Assembly: GCA_964619725.1 (NCBI GenBank) | Contig: CAZUFC010000041.1 | Location: 45,366 to 61,336 of the forward strand | Direction: 5' to 3' | DNA length: 15,971 nt | Source: an uncultured bacterium | GTDB lineage: Bacteria; CSSED10-310; CAZUFC01 | Shown: piece after piece, positions 8,333 through 15,971 of the stretch | Position numbering within the stretch: position 1 is the stretch's first letter | Layout: each line of letters opens with the position of its first letter | Position numbers and translations under genes: made by a program | The notes under the pieces: generated by a model | The model's database searches: none | Told to the model about the DNA's origin: nothing | The model's input: only the letters and a program-made list of their open reading frames with translations

Positions 8333-9025
8333 TCAGTCGGTAAAGCGGTATTTAATGAGGGCCCAGAGTGCATTGAACCCGTCTCTCCAGGTAATTTTTT
8401 TACCTTCGTGATATTCTCTTCCGGCGTATGAGATGGGCACTTCATATATTCTGATGCCTTTTTTCAGGAATTTTGCCGTCAGTTCGGGTTCGACGTTGAA
8501 GCGGTCCGAATTGATGTGAATACCTTCCATGGCTTGTATTTTAAACATTTTGTAACAGGTTTCCATATCAGAAAGCGTAGTGCCGTAGAGGATGTTCGTA
8601 ATGAAGGTCAGGAGGCGATTTCCCATCCAGTGGGTAATGAACATATCCCTTCTTTCTCCTGTGAAACGGGACCCGTAGACCACTTCGGCTTTACCGGAGA
8701 TGATCGGTTTCAACAATTTGAAATAATCTTCGGGATCGTATTCGAGATCGGCATCCTGAATAACGACGACGTTGCCGGATACGAGCTTCAGGCCTGTTCT
8801 GATAGCGGCTCCCTTGCCCCGGTTATGATCGTGAAAAGATATATGATCGAGTTCATTTTCCATTTTTTTGATTATATCTCGAGTTCCGTCAGTAGAATAA
8901 TCATCGACGACGACCAATTCCATTGACAGATCGACTTGTTTCACTTTCTGAACAAGCAGCGGAAAAGTTTCGCGTTCATTGTAAACCGGTATTATAACGG
9001 AAAGTTTGACATCCTCTTGTTTCAT
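8333..9025 (-). CDS. GT2 family glycosyltransferase, DPM1/ArnC-like polyprenol-phosphate sugar synthase
   Basis: Motifs VIIPVYNE, VDDYSTDGT, NRGKGAA, QDADLEYDP (DxD), GSRF, DMETCYK and YEVPISY. ATGA overlap with the upstream gene at 9022-9025. Confidence 0.92.
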   Translation of the reverse strand: MKQEDVKLSVIIPVYNERETFPLLVQKVKQVDLSMELVVVDDYSTDGTRDIIKKMENELDHISFHDHNRGKGAAIRTGLKLVSGNVVVIQDADLEYDPEDYFKLLKPIISGKAEVVYGSRFTGERRDMFITHWMGNRLLTFITNILYGTTLSDMETCYKMFKIQAMEGIHINSDRFNVEPELTAKFLKKGIRIYEVPISYAGREYHEGKKITWRDGFNALWALIKYRFTD

Positions 9026-11187
9026 TGCAGTAATTCCTCATTAAATTGTTTAATTTCGGTTTGCGAAGAAGGAAAGCGTTCTCTGAGAGAAAAATGAGTC
9101 GCGCTGAAAGCGCCGGCTACGGCGCGAATTTCATTCCGAGCTTCGCCTTTTTTCAGAAAAAGGGACCAATGTATCATTAATTTGTTAGGACCTTGAACTA
9201 AATTTTCGTTGGAGAGCGCAAAGGAAAAGTTCGTCCATTCGGGAGGAACGTCGACGGTCTGCAAAGGGCGTCCATTCAAGAGGCATTTTGCTTTTAAATT
9301 ATTTCCAATTGCGGGATGAGCCATCAACTGCATATTCAAGCGGTAAGAAGCTCCGCTGTTGTCAGAGTAAAAAGCGATCATCGAATGTGCTCCATTGGAC
9401 CAGAATACTTCGGGATGTTCATTTGACCAGAATTCCCGGCCGAGCCAACCGCGGAAAAGATAATAGCGGAAGTCCAGATTATCCTCAATGTTATTTCTTT
9501 TTTTTTCCAAAACAAATCGTATGCGTTCGGGAAGGTACGCAGCGGAGTCCTGCAGAAGATACCTGTTGAGCAGGGCGGATTCCAGGAGCTTAGCGTCAGT
9601 CGGTTCGTCAAGATAGTTGAGTCTCACCGTGATCGTATGAATATTCATCAGTTCGATAAGGTCGGCGAATTCCCTGGAGGAAAGCAGTTCGGGCAATTTT
9701 TTTCCGGGGTCGATCAGGCGTTCCAAAACAGGAAATTTTTCATAGATCGTAAAAGCGCAGGAAGGGATTCGGGCAGCAAATCCGAACAGGAGGGGTTTGC
9801 GGTGAAAAATTTGTTCATACTGGTAGATTCTGATTTTCCAGTCGCTGGGAATATCCAGATGCGGAGATTCTTCGAGGGTATTTCGGTTTTGTTGCGATGA
9901 TAATATAGCGGGAGGGGAAGCCAGGTGGATGGGCGCCGGCAGGAATTCAAGCAGGGCAATACCGATAAGAAGTGCAGAGGATAGGGGAGAACGCATAATT
10001 TTTTTTTCCTGGGCGAGTCCTATTCCTGCGGTCAGCGCCAGAAACGTGATGCAGAAAATGCTGAATCTTCCAGGGGCTCGAGCATGGTTAAGAAGCGGCA
10101 GATGGGACAAAGCGGAGTAAGGTAGGGGAAAGCTTTCGCAGGGGCTGCCCAGGAGATGGGGAACAGGACCGAGGGAAAGGATGAGGAATGAGAGGGCGAT
10201 AAGGGCATAAGGCCAGGTCTTTACGGGTTGTCTTATGATAGCGAAAAAAAACAGGAGAATGGTGATGAAACCGAGAAAATGAGTATTTTCTATCGGATTG
10301 CCGGCGAATTGAGCGTGAAAGTTTTGGGTAAAGCGTCCCCAGATGAAGTGATCGGCTGAGGGAATAATGAAAGATAGAAGGTCTGCGCTGAATTTTTGCA
10401 TTTCTTTAAGGGAGCGGGGCGCGACGGAAGCGTCGGCAGACATAGGAAGAACAAAGGGAGTGAGCAGAAGAATGGACAGCAGGAGAGCTGCCGCAAGATG
10501 AAGCAGCGTCATTCGTTTAAGATTTTCCGGATACTGCCGGAGTAGAATGAAAAGGACGAAAGGCAAGGCAATAGCAACAGACAACAGGTGATACCAGCAA
10601 GAAAGGCCGGTTAAAGAAAACATAACTCCGAAGAGGAGGAAATAAGACAATGATTTTTTTCTGAAGGCTCGGAAAAGGAGAGCCAACGTCAGTAATGCCG
10701 GGCCTAGAGAAATAACGTTGAGGTGTTCCGTCGAATGGATAAGGCGAGCAGGAGCCAGAATGACGACGACTCCTATCCAGGCGGAAATGTTCCTGTTTTT
10801 TACCGTTTCAAGTGAAAGCAGAAAAGCGGCCCAGCCGCAGAAAACAGTTTGAAGGAGCAGCAATAAGTTATATGTTTCGATGTAAGATAAAAAAGGGAGA
10901 AAAAATTGGGCAGCGGCGGAGTTGGTCAGGCTCAAAGTATGATGAGTCAGCGATGCGCCCTCAGGATAAAAAATGAGAGAAGTATGATACAAATCGCTGA
11001 TGCCTGAAAGAACGCGTTGGAGGTGATAAAAATTCCAGATGAAAACCCAGGGATCGCCGTCACCCTCTTTGAAGCTTTCCAGTTCTGCGTGAAGCGGAAC
11101 ATGCGTATCAAAATGAAGAAGCAGAGGATGCAAACAACCTATGGAGATTGCCAGGAATAGAAGAAGCGGTTTCAGGATGTTTTTCAT
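9022..11187 (-). CDS. Polytopic membrane protein, GT-C/YfhO-like glycosyltransferase with extracytoplasmic C-terminal domain
   Basis: About 12 hydrophobic segments. First loop EGDGDPWVFIW...IFYPEG with acidic residues; SADLLSFIIP; LSLGP; RAPGRF; C-terminal beta-rich domain (GW...FWSNG). Confidence 0.7.
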   Translation of the reverse strand: MKNILKPLLLFLAISIGCLHPLLLHFDTHVPLHAELESFKEGDGDPWVFIWNFYHLQRVLSGISDLYHTSLIFYPEGASLTHHTLSLTNSAAAQFFLPFLSYIETYNLLLLLQTVFCGWAAFLLSLETVKNRNISAWIGVVVILAPARLIHSTEHLNVISLGPALLTLALLFRAFRKKSLSYFLLFGVMFSLTGLSCWYHLLSVAIALPFVLFILLRQYPENLKRMTLLHLAAALLLSILLLTPFVLPMSADASVAPRSLKEMQKFSADLLSFIIPSADHFIWGRFTQNFHAQFAGNPIENTHFLGFITILLFFFAIIRQPVKTWPYALIALSFLILSLGPVPHLLGSPCESFPLPYSALSHLPLLNHARAPGRFSIFCITFLALTAGIGLAQEKKIMRSPLSSALLIGIALLEFLPAPIHLASPPAILSSQQNRNTLEESPHLDIPSDWKIRIYQYEQIFHRKPLLFGFAARIPSCAFTIYEKFPVLERLIDPGKKLPELLSSREFADLIELMNIHTITVRLNYLDEPTDAKLLESALLNRYLLQDSAAYLPERIRFVLEKKRNNIEDNLDFRYYLFRGWLGREFWSNEHPEVFWSNGAHSMIAFYSDNSGASYRLNMQLMAHPAIGNNLKAKCLLNGRPLQTVDVPPEWTNFSFALSNENLVQGPNKLMIHWSLFLKKGEARNEIRAVAGAFSATHFSLRERFPSSQTEIKQFNEELLQ

Positions 11188-11211
11188 AATCGATTTTTAT
11201 ACCGGTTGAAT

Positions 11212-13218
11212 CTACGACTTAAAGCGAATTTGAGTAACGGTGAGTTCCATTTTACGGTATTCCTGTTCAAGATTACGCCTGCGAATAAGCACATTTTTTA
11301 TGATGCGGTGTTCAGGAAGCTCGAATTCAGCGTAATAGGAATGGCCCTGGAAAAACGTTCCGTCTTGATCTCGCAATATTCGGGAACGAAAAATGTCAGC
11401 TCTCCTGTGATTGATATAGGGGGTAACATCGGCCCTGTCTATCGCCCATTCTGAGGAGTGAATGCCGGCCTTTAAAGGGAATTGGAAAGTATCGCCGTCG
11501 GCTGTTTCGACAATCAAATCAGCGAAAGTATAATCCTGGGGCATAGCAATCGAATACCCCAAGTATGATTCCGTTTCTATTTTCGCTATCCTGAATTCAG
11601 GAACATCCGGCAAATGAAAAACGGGATTCTCGATGGAAAGTGATATGGGCTTCTGAGGTCTTATGATCAGGACCCGGGGACTGTTGGAAAGGAGAAGAAA
11701 AAAAGGCAGGATTATGATAAGGAGGAATGCCAGGGAAGCTGAGAATGCCGATCCGAAAAGACCAGTATCGGATGAAGTTTTTTTTCGGTTTTGTAAATGC
11801 AGTTTGAGCAGTACTATAAGAAAAATCAGACCGAGAATCCAGATTATGTCGACTGCAACAGAGTGATTGGGGGAATGATCGCCGAGAGGAAGAAAGAATG
11901 AGATGTTTAAAGCGGCGCGTTTTTCGACGACTTTTATCGAATTCATCAAATCGATAATGGGGATTTTCTGAAGCAAGGAGGTTGTAAGGGTTTGAACCGT
12001 TAAAAAAAGAGAGCCGCCGAACAAGACGGGAATAAGACCGGCCGCAAAGCTTCCTTTAAACCTGTTCAGGCTGCTTCCGCCGCCTAAAACGACCAAGGGG
12101 AAGAGCAGAGCGGCCCAATAGGCGGCGAAATTCGACCCATACAAAAAGGAATGAATGCCGGCCGCGGCTGAAATGAGAAGCGTCATTCGAATGAGGAAAG
12201 GTTTGAACGGATTTTTTTCCTCGTGAACGAAAAGAGCAGGCAGGAGAAAAATGAGAACCGGAGACATGAAAACTAGACCGGTATGACTGCTCAGCAGAGG
12301 ACTAAATATCAGCAGGATGCTGCCGAATCCGGAAAACTCCAACTGATTGAAACTGAGCATGAATCCCAAAAGGCAGAAAAAGCCCCCGGTTACGTAAAAA
12401 AGCGTCTTTTTCATCTGGTTTTTTGCAGCGTTGTCCAGGAATGCAAGCTCTGTCATAAGAGCAGCCGAACCGAAAAGAGCGATTGAATTAATGTATCCGT
12501 AAAGGATCAGAGGTAATGTCGATAAATTTATTATTCCGCAGAAAAAAGCTGTTTCCCGGTTCTCACCGGATTTTTTATTAAGAAAAAGAAAGACGGTATA
12601 AGAGAGAAAAATATTAAGGGTGAGAGCGAGCCAGGATCGGACCCCTGATATAAAGGCGGGTTGTTTCGTTGAAAAATCTGTCGCGAGACCGCCGGTAACT
12701 GGAAAGATACATATGGCAAAAATAAAATAAAAATAAAACGCCAGGAATCGTTGCCGGGAGCCCTCATTATTATCAGCGTTTTTCAGCAGTGCATAAATCC
12801 TGCTTCCGATCATAATACCAGCCGTTAAAATGAACAGGACGAGCGCTGCACTCAGGAAAAATGAATATTCCGCAGTAGTTCGATGGCTGATGAGTATAAT
12901 GCAGAATAAAAAGAAGAAAAGATGAAAGGAGAGCAGTTCAAAGAAATACTTTCTGAGCGGTTGTGAACAATAGTATGAAAAAAAGAGATAAAAGGAAGAG
13001 AACAGAGCGATTAAGCCGGGGAGATAGAGAGATAAAAAATCACGGCTGAATGTCCAACCGGGAAATTGCGTTCGATTCCATAAGAAGCGAAAGAGAATGG
13101 CTTCCAGGATAAAAGAGAGCGTCACCCACAGGAGAAAGGGCAAGATAGTTAAGCGATCAGCGGATTGATTTTCAGCTTTTTCACTTTTGTTCACGATGAA
13201 AGAAACTCCGGCCTTCAT
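11212..13218 (-). CDS. Polytopic membrane protein, GT-C-like, with C-terminal soluble domain
   Basis: About 14 hydrophobic segments; GLVFMSPVL; C-terminal domain with LKAGIHSSEWAIDRADV. Start uncertain: ATG 13218 or in-frame GTG 13194, both overlapping the radical SAM 3' end. Confidence 0.65.
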   Translation of the reverse strand: MKAGVSFIVNKSEKAENQSADRLTILPFLLWVTLSFILEAILFRFLWNRTQFPGWTFSRDFLSLYLPGLIALFSSFYLFFSYYCSQPLRKYFFELLSFHLFFFLFCIILISHRTTAEYSFFLSAALVLFILTAGIMIGSRIYALLKNADNNEGSRQRFLAFYFYFIFAICIFPVTGGLATDFSTKQPAFISGVRSWLALTLNIFLSYTVFLFLNKKSGENRETAFFCGIINLSTLPLILYGYINSIALFGSAALMTELAFLDNAAKNQMKKTLFYVTGGFFCLLGFMLSFNQLEFSGFGSILLIFSPLLSSHTGLVFMSPVLIFLLPALFVHEEKNPFKPFLIRMTLLISAAAGIHSFLYGSNFAAYWAALLFPLVVLGGGSSLNRFKGSFAAGLIPVLFGGSLFLTVQTLTTSLLQKIPIIDLMNSIKVVEKRAALNISFFLPLGDHSPNHSVAVDIIWILGLIFLIVLLKLHLQNRKKTSSDTGLFGSAFSASLAFLLIIILPFFLLLSNSPRVLIIRPQKPISLSIENPVFHLPDVPEFRIAKIETESYLGYSIAMPQDYTFADLIVETADGDTFQFPLKAGIHSSEWAIDRADVTPYINHRRADIFRSRILRDQDGTFFQGHSYYAEFELPEHRIIKNVLIRRRNLEQEYRKMELTVTQIRFKS

Positions 13219-14113
13219 GGTTGACGGTTCTAATTTTCCGCTGTTGTATCAAAGCCTTCAATATTGATTCAGCCTTCTGTTTTTTCAGCCCCAGGGCATT
13301 CATAACGTCCGTAAGCGTGCAGGGTCTTCGATCCAGCAGGCTAATAATTTTTTCAGCGGTTTTTTCATGCGTTTCCGGCGATATCCTTTTGCTTTCAAAG
13401 GAAGCGATAATGGAGGTCGGGAATTGAAATTCATTTTTTATTTTTTCAAGGAATTCCGGGGTGACGGCTTCGGCGGCCGGATAGGCGCCGGGTCTAACCA
13501 CGGTATTCAACTGAACTTCGTCCGGCTGAATTTTATCCAGCGCTTTTTTAAGGGCTTCGATATTTTCGGGAGAGTCGTTGACGTTGCGACAGAACAGGAT
13601 TTCGAGAAGCAATTTACCATGAAAGGATTTTCTGTATTCCTGCAGTCCCGAGATGATATCCTCAATGGAAAAGGGGTCGCAGGGTTGATTAATTGTTTCA
13701 AAGTCTTTTTGAACGGCGGCGTCGAGGGAGGGAAGAACCGCGTCGACATTAACGATTTTTCGGCGAACTTCGGCGTGAATCATGAGTGATCCGTTGGTGA
13801 GAACGGCGATGGGTATATTCGTATGTTTTTTCAGCCACTGAACGACCTGATCTATTCGGCTGTTCAGCAAGGGTTCTCCTGAACCGGAAAAAGTCACGAA
13901 ATCAAGGCTGGACTCAAATTCAGAAAGAGCCTCTTCCAGTTCTTTCAGGACAGAATCGATCCGGACGTATTCGGCGGTTTTGGTACGGCAATTGGTCGTT
14001 GGGCCGCATTCGCAGTAGATGCAATCGAAAGTGCAGGTTTTGGGCTTAACCAGGTCCACGCCCAGCGACATGCCGAGCCTTCGTGAGGGTACCGGTCCGA
14101 AAATGTGTTTCAT
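13181..14113 (-). CDS. Radical SAM protein, COG0731 (Tyw1-like annotated) family, with C-terminal winged-helix-like segment
   Basis: N-terminal FGPVPSRRLGMSLGVDL, CTFDCIYC (CX3CX2C), TFSGSGEP, VLTNGS, PSLDA, QLNTVVRP. GAGGAG RBS. Confidence 0.9.
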   Translation of the reverse strand: MKHIFGPVPSRRLGMSLGVDLVKPKTCTFDCIYCECGPTTNCRTKTAEYVRIDSVLKELEEALSEFESSLDFVTFSGSGEPLLNSRIDQVVQWLKKHTNIPIAVLTNGSLMIHAEVRRKIVNVDAVLPSLDAAVQKDFETINQPCDPFSIEDIISGLQEYRKSFHGKLLLEILFCRNVNDSPENIEALKKALDKIQPDEVQLNTVVRPGAYPAAEAVTPEFLEKIKNEFQFPTSIIASFESKRISPETHEKTAEKIISLLDRRPCTLTDVMNALGLKKQKAESILKALIQQRKIRTVNHEGRSFFHREQK

Positions 14114-14212
14114 GATGATGAACTCCTCAAATGAAAATTAAAGCGAAAACCTCCGGGTTCAAAAATTAACACAAAAAACAAGCAGGAAACAAGGAAAAGA
14201 AAAGATATGCTT

Positions 14213-14241
14213 TTGTGAAAAAAACAGAGATATGGTAATTT
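14213..14241 (+). promoter_or_regulatory. Possible sigma70 promoter with extended -10 for the repeat protein gene
   Basis: TTGTGA (14213-14218), 17-nt spacer, TGn-TAATTT (14233-14241). It covers the track's ATG at 14232, which favours a start at 14271. Confidence 0.4.
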
Positions 14242-14270
14242 TGAAAAGGTCGTTTACAGGAGGTTTTTTG

Positions 14271-15680
14271 ATGAAGGCGGAGCTTAAATGCGCAGTTCTT
14301 TTTTTGACGGCATTATCAGTCTATTTTTGTTTCAGAGGTTCAGTTTTTTCAGAGGAACTCCGGAATGATTCAAGGATGACGGATGAGGATTCCCGGATTC
14401 AGTCAAAAGATTCATTTAAGGATGTGATGAACTGGCAGGCCTATGATGCGGGTTACACAGACGGAATGATGACCAGGGGATATTTCGGAGGCGTTTATGA
14501 CGGGCGTTACGTTTACTATGCGCCCTGCCGCATGATGGATTTTCATGGGAGAGTCTTAAGATATGATTCGGAGGGCGAATTTCAATCGGGGGCCAGTTGG
14601 GAAGCGTATGATGCCGGGTCAGTCGGAGGTTTGAATACGGTCGGTTACAGCGGAGCGGTTTTTGATGGAAGATACGTCTATTTTGTTCCGTTTGCGGATT
14701 CCGGCGCACGGCATGCCCGCGTACTGAGATATGATATAGAGGGTGTTTTTGATGCGGCGGGAAGTTGGAGTTCCTTTGATGCAGGGACTGTCGTGGGACT
14801 GCCTTTTTCCGGGTATAACGGCGCCGTGTTTGACGGACGCTATATTTACTTTGCTCCGTTCGGTTATGAACCATACGCTCACGGTCGGGTGCTCCGTTAT
14901 GACAGTCTTTCCGATTTTAACGATTCGGCTTCGTGGAGGGTTTATGATGCCGGTATGACCGATGGACTGCTGACCAAAGGTTTCTACGGCGCCGTTCAGG
15001 ACGATCAGTATGTCTATTTCGTTCCGTTTAACGACGGTTCGGAATTTCACGGTCGAGTCCTCAGATATGACAGGCACAACGCTTTTGAAAGCGCCGCAAG
15101 CTGGGAAGCTTACGATGCCGGGTCCATTGACGGATTGACCACTGTGGGATACAAAGGGGCCTGCTTCGACGGACGTTATATTTATTTCGCTCCCTTTCGG
15201 GAGGCGGAAATTTGCCACGGCAGGGTCCTGCGATATGATACCCAATCGCCTTTTAAACTTTCGACAAGCTGGAGCGTTTACGATGCGGAGGACACTGATA
15301 TGCTTGATGCCAGGGGTTATGTCGGAGCGGAATTCGATGGGCGACGGTTTATCTACTTTATTCCTTATGAATGCGACGGCGCGTATCATGCCAGGGCTTT
15401 GCGATACGATACGGAAGGTCTTTTCAGCGATTCGTCAAGCTGGAGCGCTTTCGATGCCGGAAATGTGGACGGCATGACGACCAAAGGATACAAATATTCA
15501 ACATTCGACGGCCGATACCTTTACCTGATACCGTATCACAACGGCTCCTCCTTCAGCGGCATAGCCCTGCGTTACGACACTTGCAGCGTTTCAGAAAGCA
15601 TACCCCTGCTGCATCCCATCGGACTTATTATTCTCGTTTTCGCTTGTACCGGCTTCATTTTAGGAAATTTGTCCAAATAG
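14271..15680 (+). CDS. Secreted seven-repeat beta-propeller-like protein with IPTL-CTERM-like C-terminal membrane anchor
   Basis: AGGAGG RBS before ATG 14271. N-terminal signal peptide, seven W..YDAG...GY.GAVFDGRY.YF.P...HGRVLRYD repeats, and C-terminal SIPLLHPIGLIILVFACTGFILGNLSK. Confidence 0.8.
   Translation: MKAELKCAVLFLTALSVYFCFRGSVFSEELRNDSRMTDEDSRIQSKDSFKDVMNWQAYDAGYTDGMMTRGYFGGVYDGRYVYYAPCRMMDFHGRVLRYDSEGEFQSGASWEAYDAGSVGGLNTVGYSGAVFDGRYVYFVPFADSGARHARVLRYDIEGVFDAAGSWSSFDAGTVVGLPFSGYNGAVFDGRYIYFAPFGYEPYAHGRVLRYDSLSDFNDSASWRVYDAGMTDGLLTKGFYGAVQDDQYVYFVPFNDGSEFHGRVLRYDRHNAFESAASWEAYDAGSIDGLTTVGYKGACFDGRYIYFAPFREAEICHGRVLRYDTQSPFKLSTSWSVYDAEDTDMLDARGYVGAEFDGRRFIYFIPYECDGAYHARALRYDTEGLFSDSSSWSAFDAGNVDGMTTKGYKYSTFDGRYLYLIPYHNGSSFSGIALRYDTCSVSESIPLLHPIGLIILVFACTGFILGNLSK
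14433..15581 (+). repeat. Seven intragenic tandem repeats of about 168 nt (55-57 aa)
   Basis: The Trp codons starting each unit lie at 14433, 14598, 14766, 14934, 15102, 15270 and 15441 (spacings 165, 168, 168, 168, 168, 171). Confidence 0.95.
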
Positions 15681-15745
15681 ACTTTCATATCACTTGTTGC
15701 GTTGCATGCCCACGGACAACCTTTGTTGCAAATAGGCCGGCAAAC

Positions 15746-15970
15746 TTATGCTTGAAGCGAAGCGTTCCGCGTTCCGTTAAGCTTTATGCCATCCCTTATG
15801 CTTACGAGGCAGGGCTTGGGATTATTATGCTTCCTTGCGTCCGCGTATAATAATTCGACCAGGGTTATGCCCAGCCTTTGATTGTTGACTCTAAGAATCC
15901 TTCTCAGCGCTGTACCGGTTATGGGTCTTTCCAGACTTTTCAACTCATCCAATATTTTTCTTTCCAGCTC
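15746..15970 (-). CDS. 3' end of a gene entering from the right edge, with a winged-helix-like segment
   Basis: The frame is open to the window edge: ELERKILDELKSLERPITGTALRRILRVNNQRLGITLVELL..., an amphipathic helix pattern typical of a wHTH. Confidence 0.45.
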   Translation of the reverse strand, partial: ELERKILDELKSLERPITGTALRRILRVNNQRLGITLVELLYADARKHNNPKPCLVSIRDGIKLNGTRNASLQA

Positions 15971-15971
15971 T

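Noticed and set aside
13181..14113. Assignment as true wyosine synthase (tyw1/taw1)
   Set aside because: Family-level resemblance only; the context is bacterial and no substrate evidence exists, so no gene symbol is given.
14619..15389. 256-aa antisense ORF within the repeat gene
   Set aside because: Explained by repetitive codon usage on the sense strand.
14433..15581. Repeats as a CRISPR array or DGR template/variable region
   Set aside because: They are in-frame coding repeats conserved at protein level, with no repeat-spacer structure, no adenine-specific mismatch pair and no reverse transcriptase in the window.

Overview
Bacterial genomic window of moderate GC, with no rRNA, tRNA, CRISPR array or intact mobile element recognisable. 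+ strand, left: a translationally coupled pair encoding a DExH helicase with a DUF1998 Cys cluster and a DEDD/RNase H-like exonuclease with TPR-like tail (MrfA/MrfB-like DNA repair pair), behind a near-consensus sigma70 promoter. Next come an orphan lipoprotein, a small secreted hypothetical protein and an M3/gluzincin-fold protein whose zinc ligands appear lost (QEFGN instead of HExxH). - strand, centre-right: a four-gene operon encoding a COG0731-type radical SAM protein, two large polytopic GT-C/YfhO-like membrane proteins and a DPM1-like GT2. Divergent from it is a secreted protein with seven ~56-aa repeats (probable beta-propeller) and an IPTL-CTERM-like anchor. Partial ORFs may run off both edges. 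The best leads are the pseudo-peptidase with its structured, repeat-bearing leader, the radical SAM + GT-C + GT2 cassette, and the repeat surface protein. All family calls come from motif recognition by eye; no database searches were run.
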